Shown: positions 63,960 to 64,000 of the stretch, one piece after another
How the letters are laid out: every line of letters starts with the position of its first letter
Numbering within the stretch: position 1 is the first letter of the stretch
Assembly (NCBI GenBank): GCA_963752505.1
Contig: CAVVYM010000001.1
Coordinates: forward strand, 87,411-151,410
From: an uncultured Actinomycetes bacterium
Lineage (GTDB): Bacteria; Actinomycetota; Actinomycetes; S36-B12; UBA10799
Direction of reading: 5' to 3'
DNA: 64,000 nt
Translations under genes and position numbers: made by a program
Notes under the pieces: model-generated
Told to the model about the DNA's origin: nothing
Databases searched by the model: none
What the model saw: only the letters and a program-made list of their open reading frames with translations

Positions 63960-64000
63960 TCGGACTAAGGAGTCGGGGCGGTGACGAGTTCGCGGTCGTC

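Overview
GC-rich actinobacterial (Actinomycetota) chromosomal segment. I cannot place it more precisely from sequence alone. About 54 kb is conserved housekeeping synteny. In order it contains: ahpE-like peroxiredoxin, DUF3052, a lipoyl-less E2 catalytic-domain protein and aceE; DUF3145; DUF3445; glgP; a cell-wall remodelling neighbourhood (two divergently transcribed Rpf-domain proteins, an OatA/OafA-type acyltransferase-SGNH protein, a GH3 NagZ/LpqI-like lipoprotein); a BCCT transporter; an AlaX-like editing protein; tRNA-Met and tRNA-Asn; dnaG-dgt; dus-glyQS; uppS-recO; era-ybeY-phoH-HIT-rsmE-dnaJ-hrcA with a perfect CIRCE operator; hemW; an acyl-CoA ligase; lepA; rpsT; holA-comEC-comEA; plsY-degV-leuS. 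The last ~5.5 kb (58.4-64 kb) looks accessory: two FkbM-type methyltransferase paralogs bracket a YhhN lysoplasmalogenase and an SGNH hydrolase, followed by a degenerate GGDEF protein, a 36-bp-repeat membrane protein and a membrane GGDEF gene. I found no CRISPR array, transposase, integrase or prophage block. Main oddities: (1) leuS is split over about eleven frame switches although its motifs are intact, and degV, the second FkbM gene and the terminal GGDEF gene are also frameshifted, so indels are confined to 54.9-64 kb; (2) a family of long REP-like palindromes with core GTGCACACCTTCGTCGCACTAGG occurs in at least four intergenic sites; (3) an ECF sigma factor with a cis-fused zinc anti-sigma (ZAS) domain plus a DUF2892 gene is inserted between holA and rpsT; (4) the Rpf pair shares a 334-bp leader region with weak ydaO (c-di-AMP riboswitch)-like motifs; (5) a truncated, frameshifted response-regulator remnant is present; (6) several perfect in-frame tandem repeats lie in envelope proteins. 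All functional calls come from motif recognition by eye. No searches were run.
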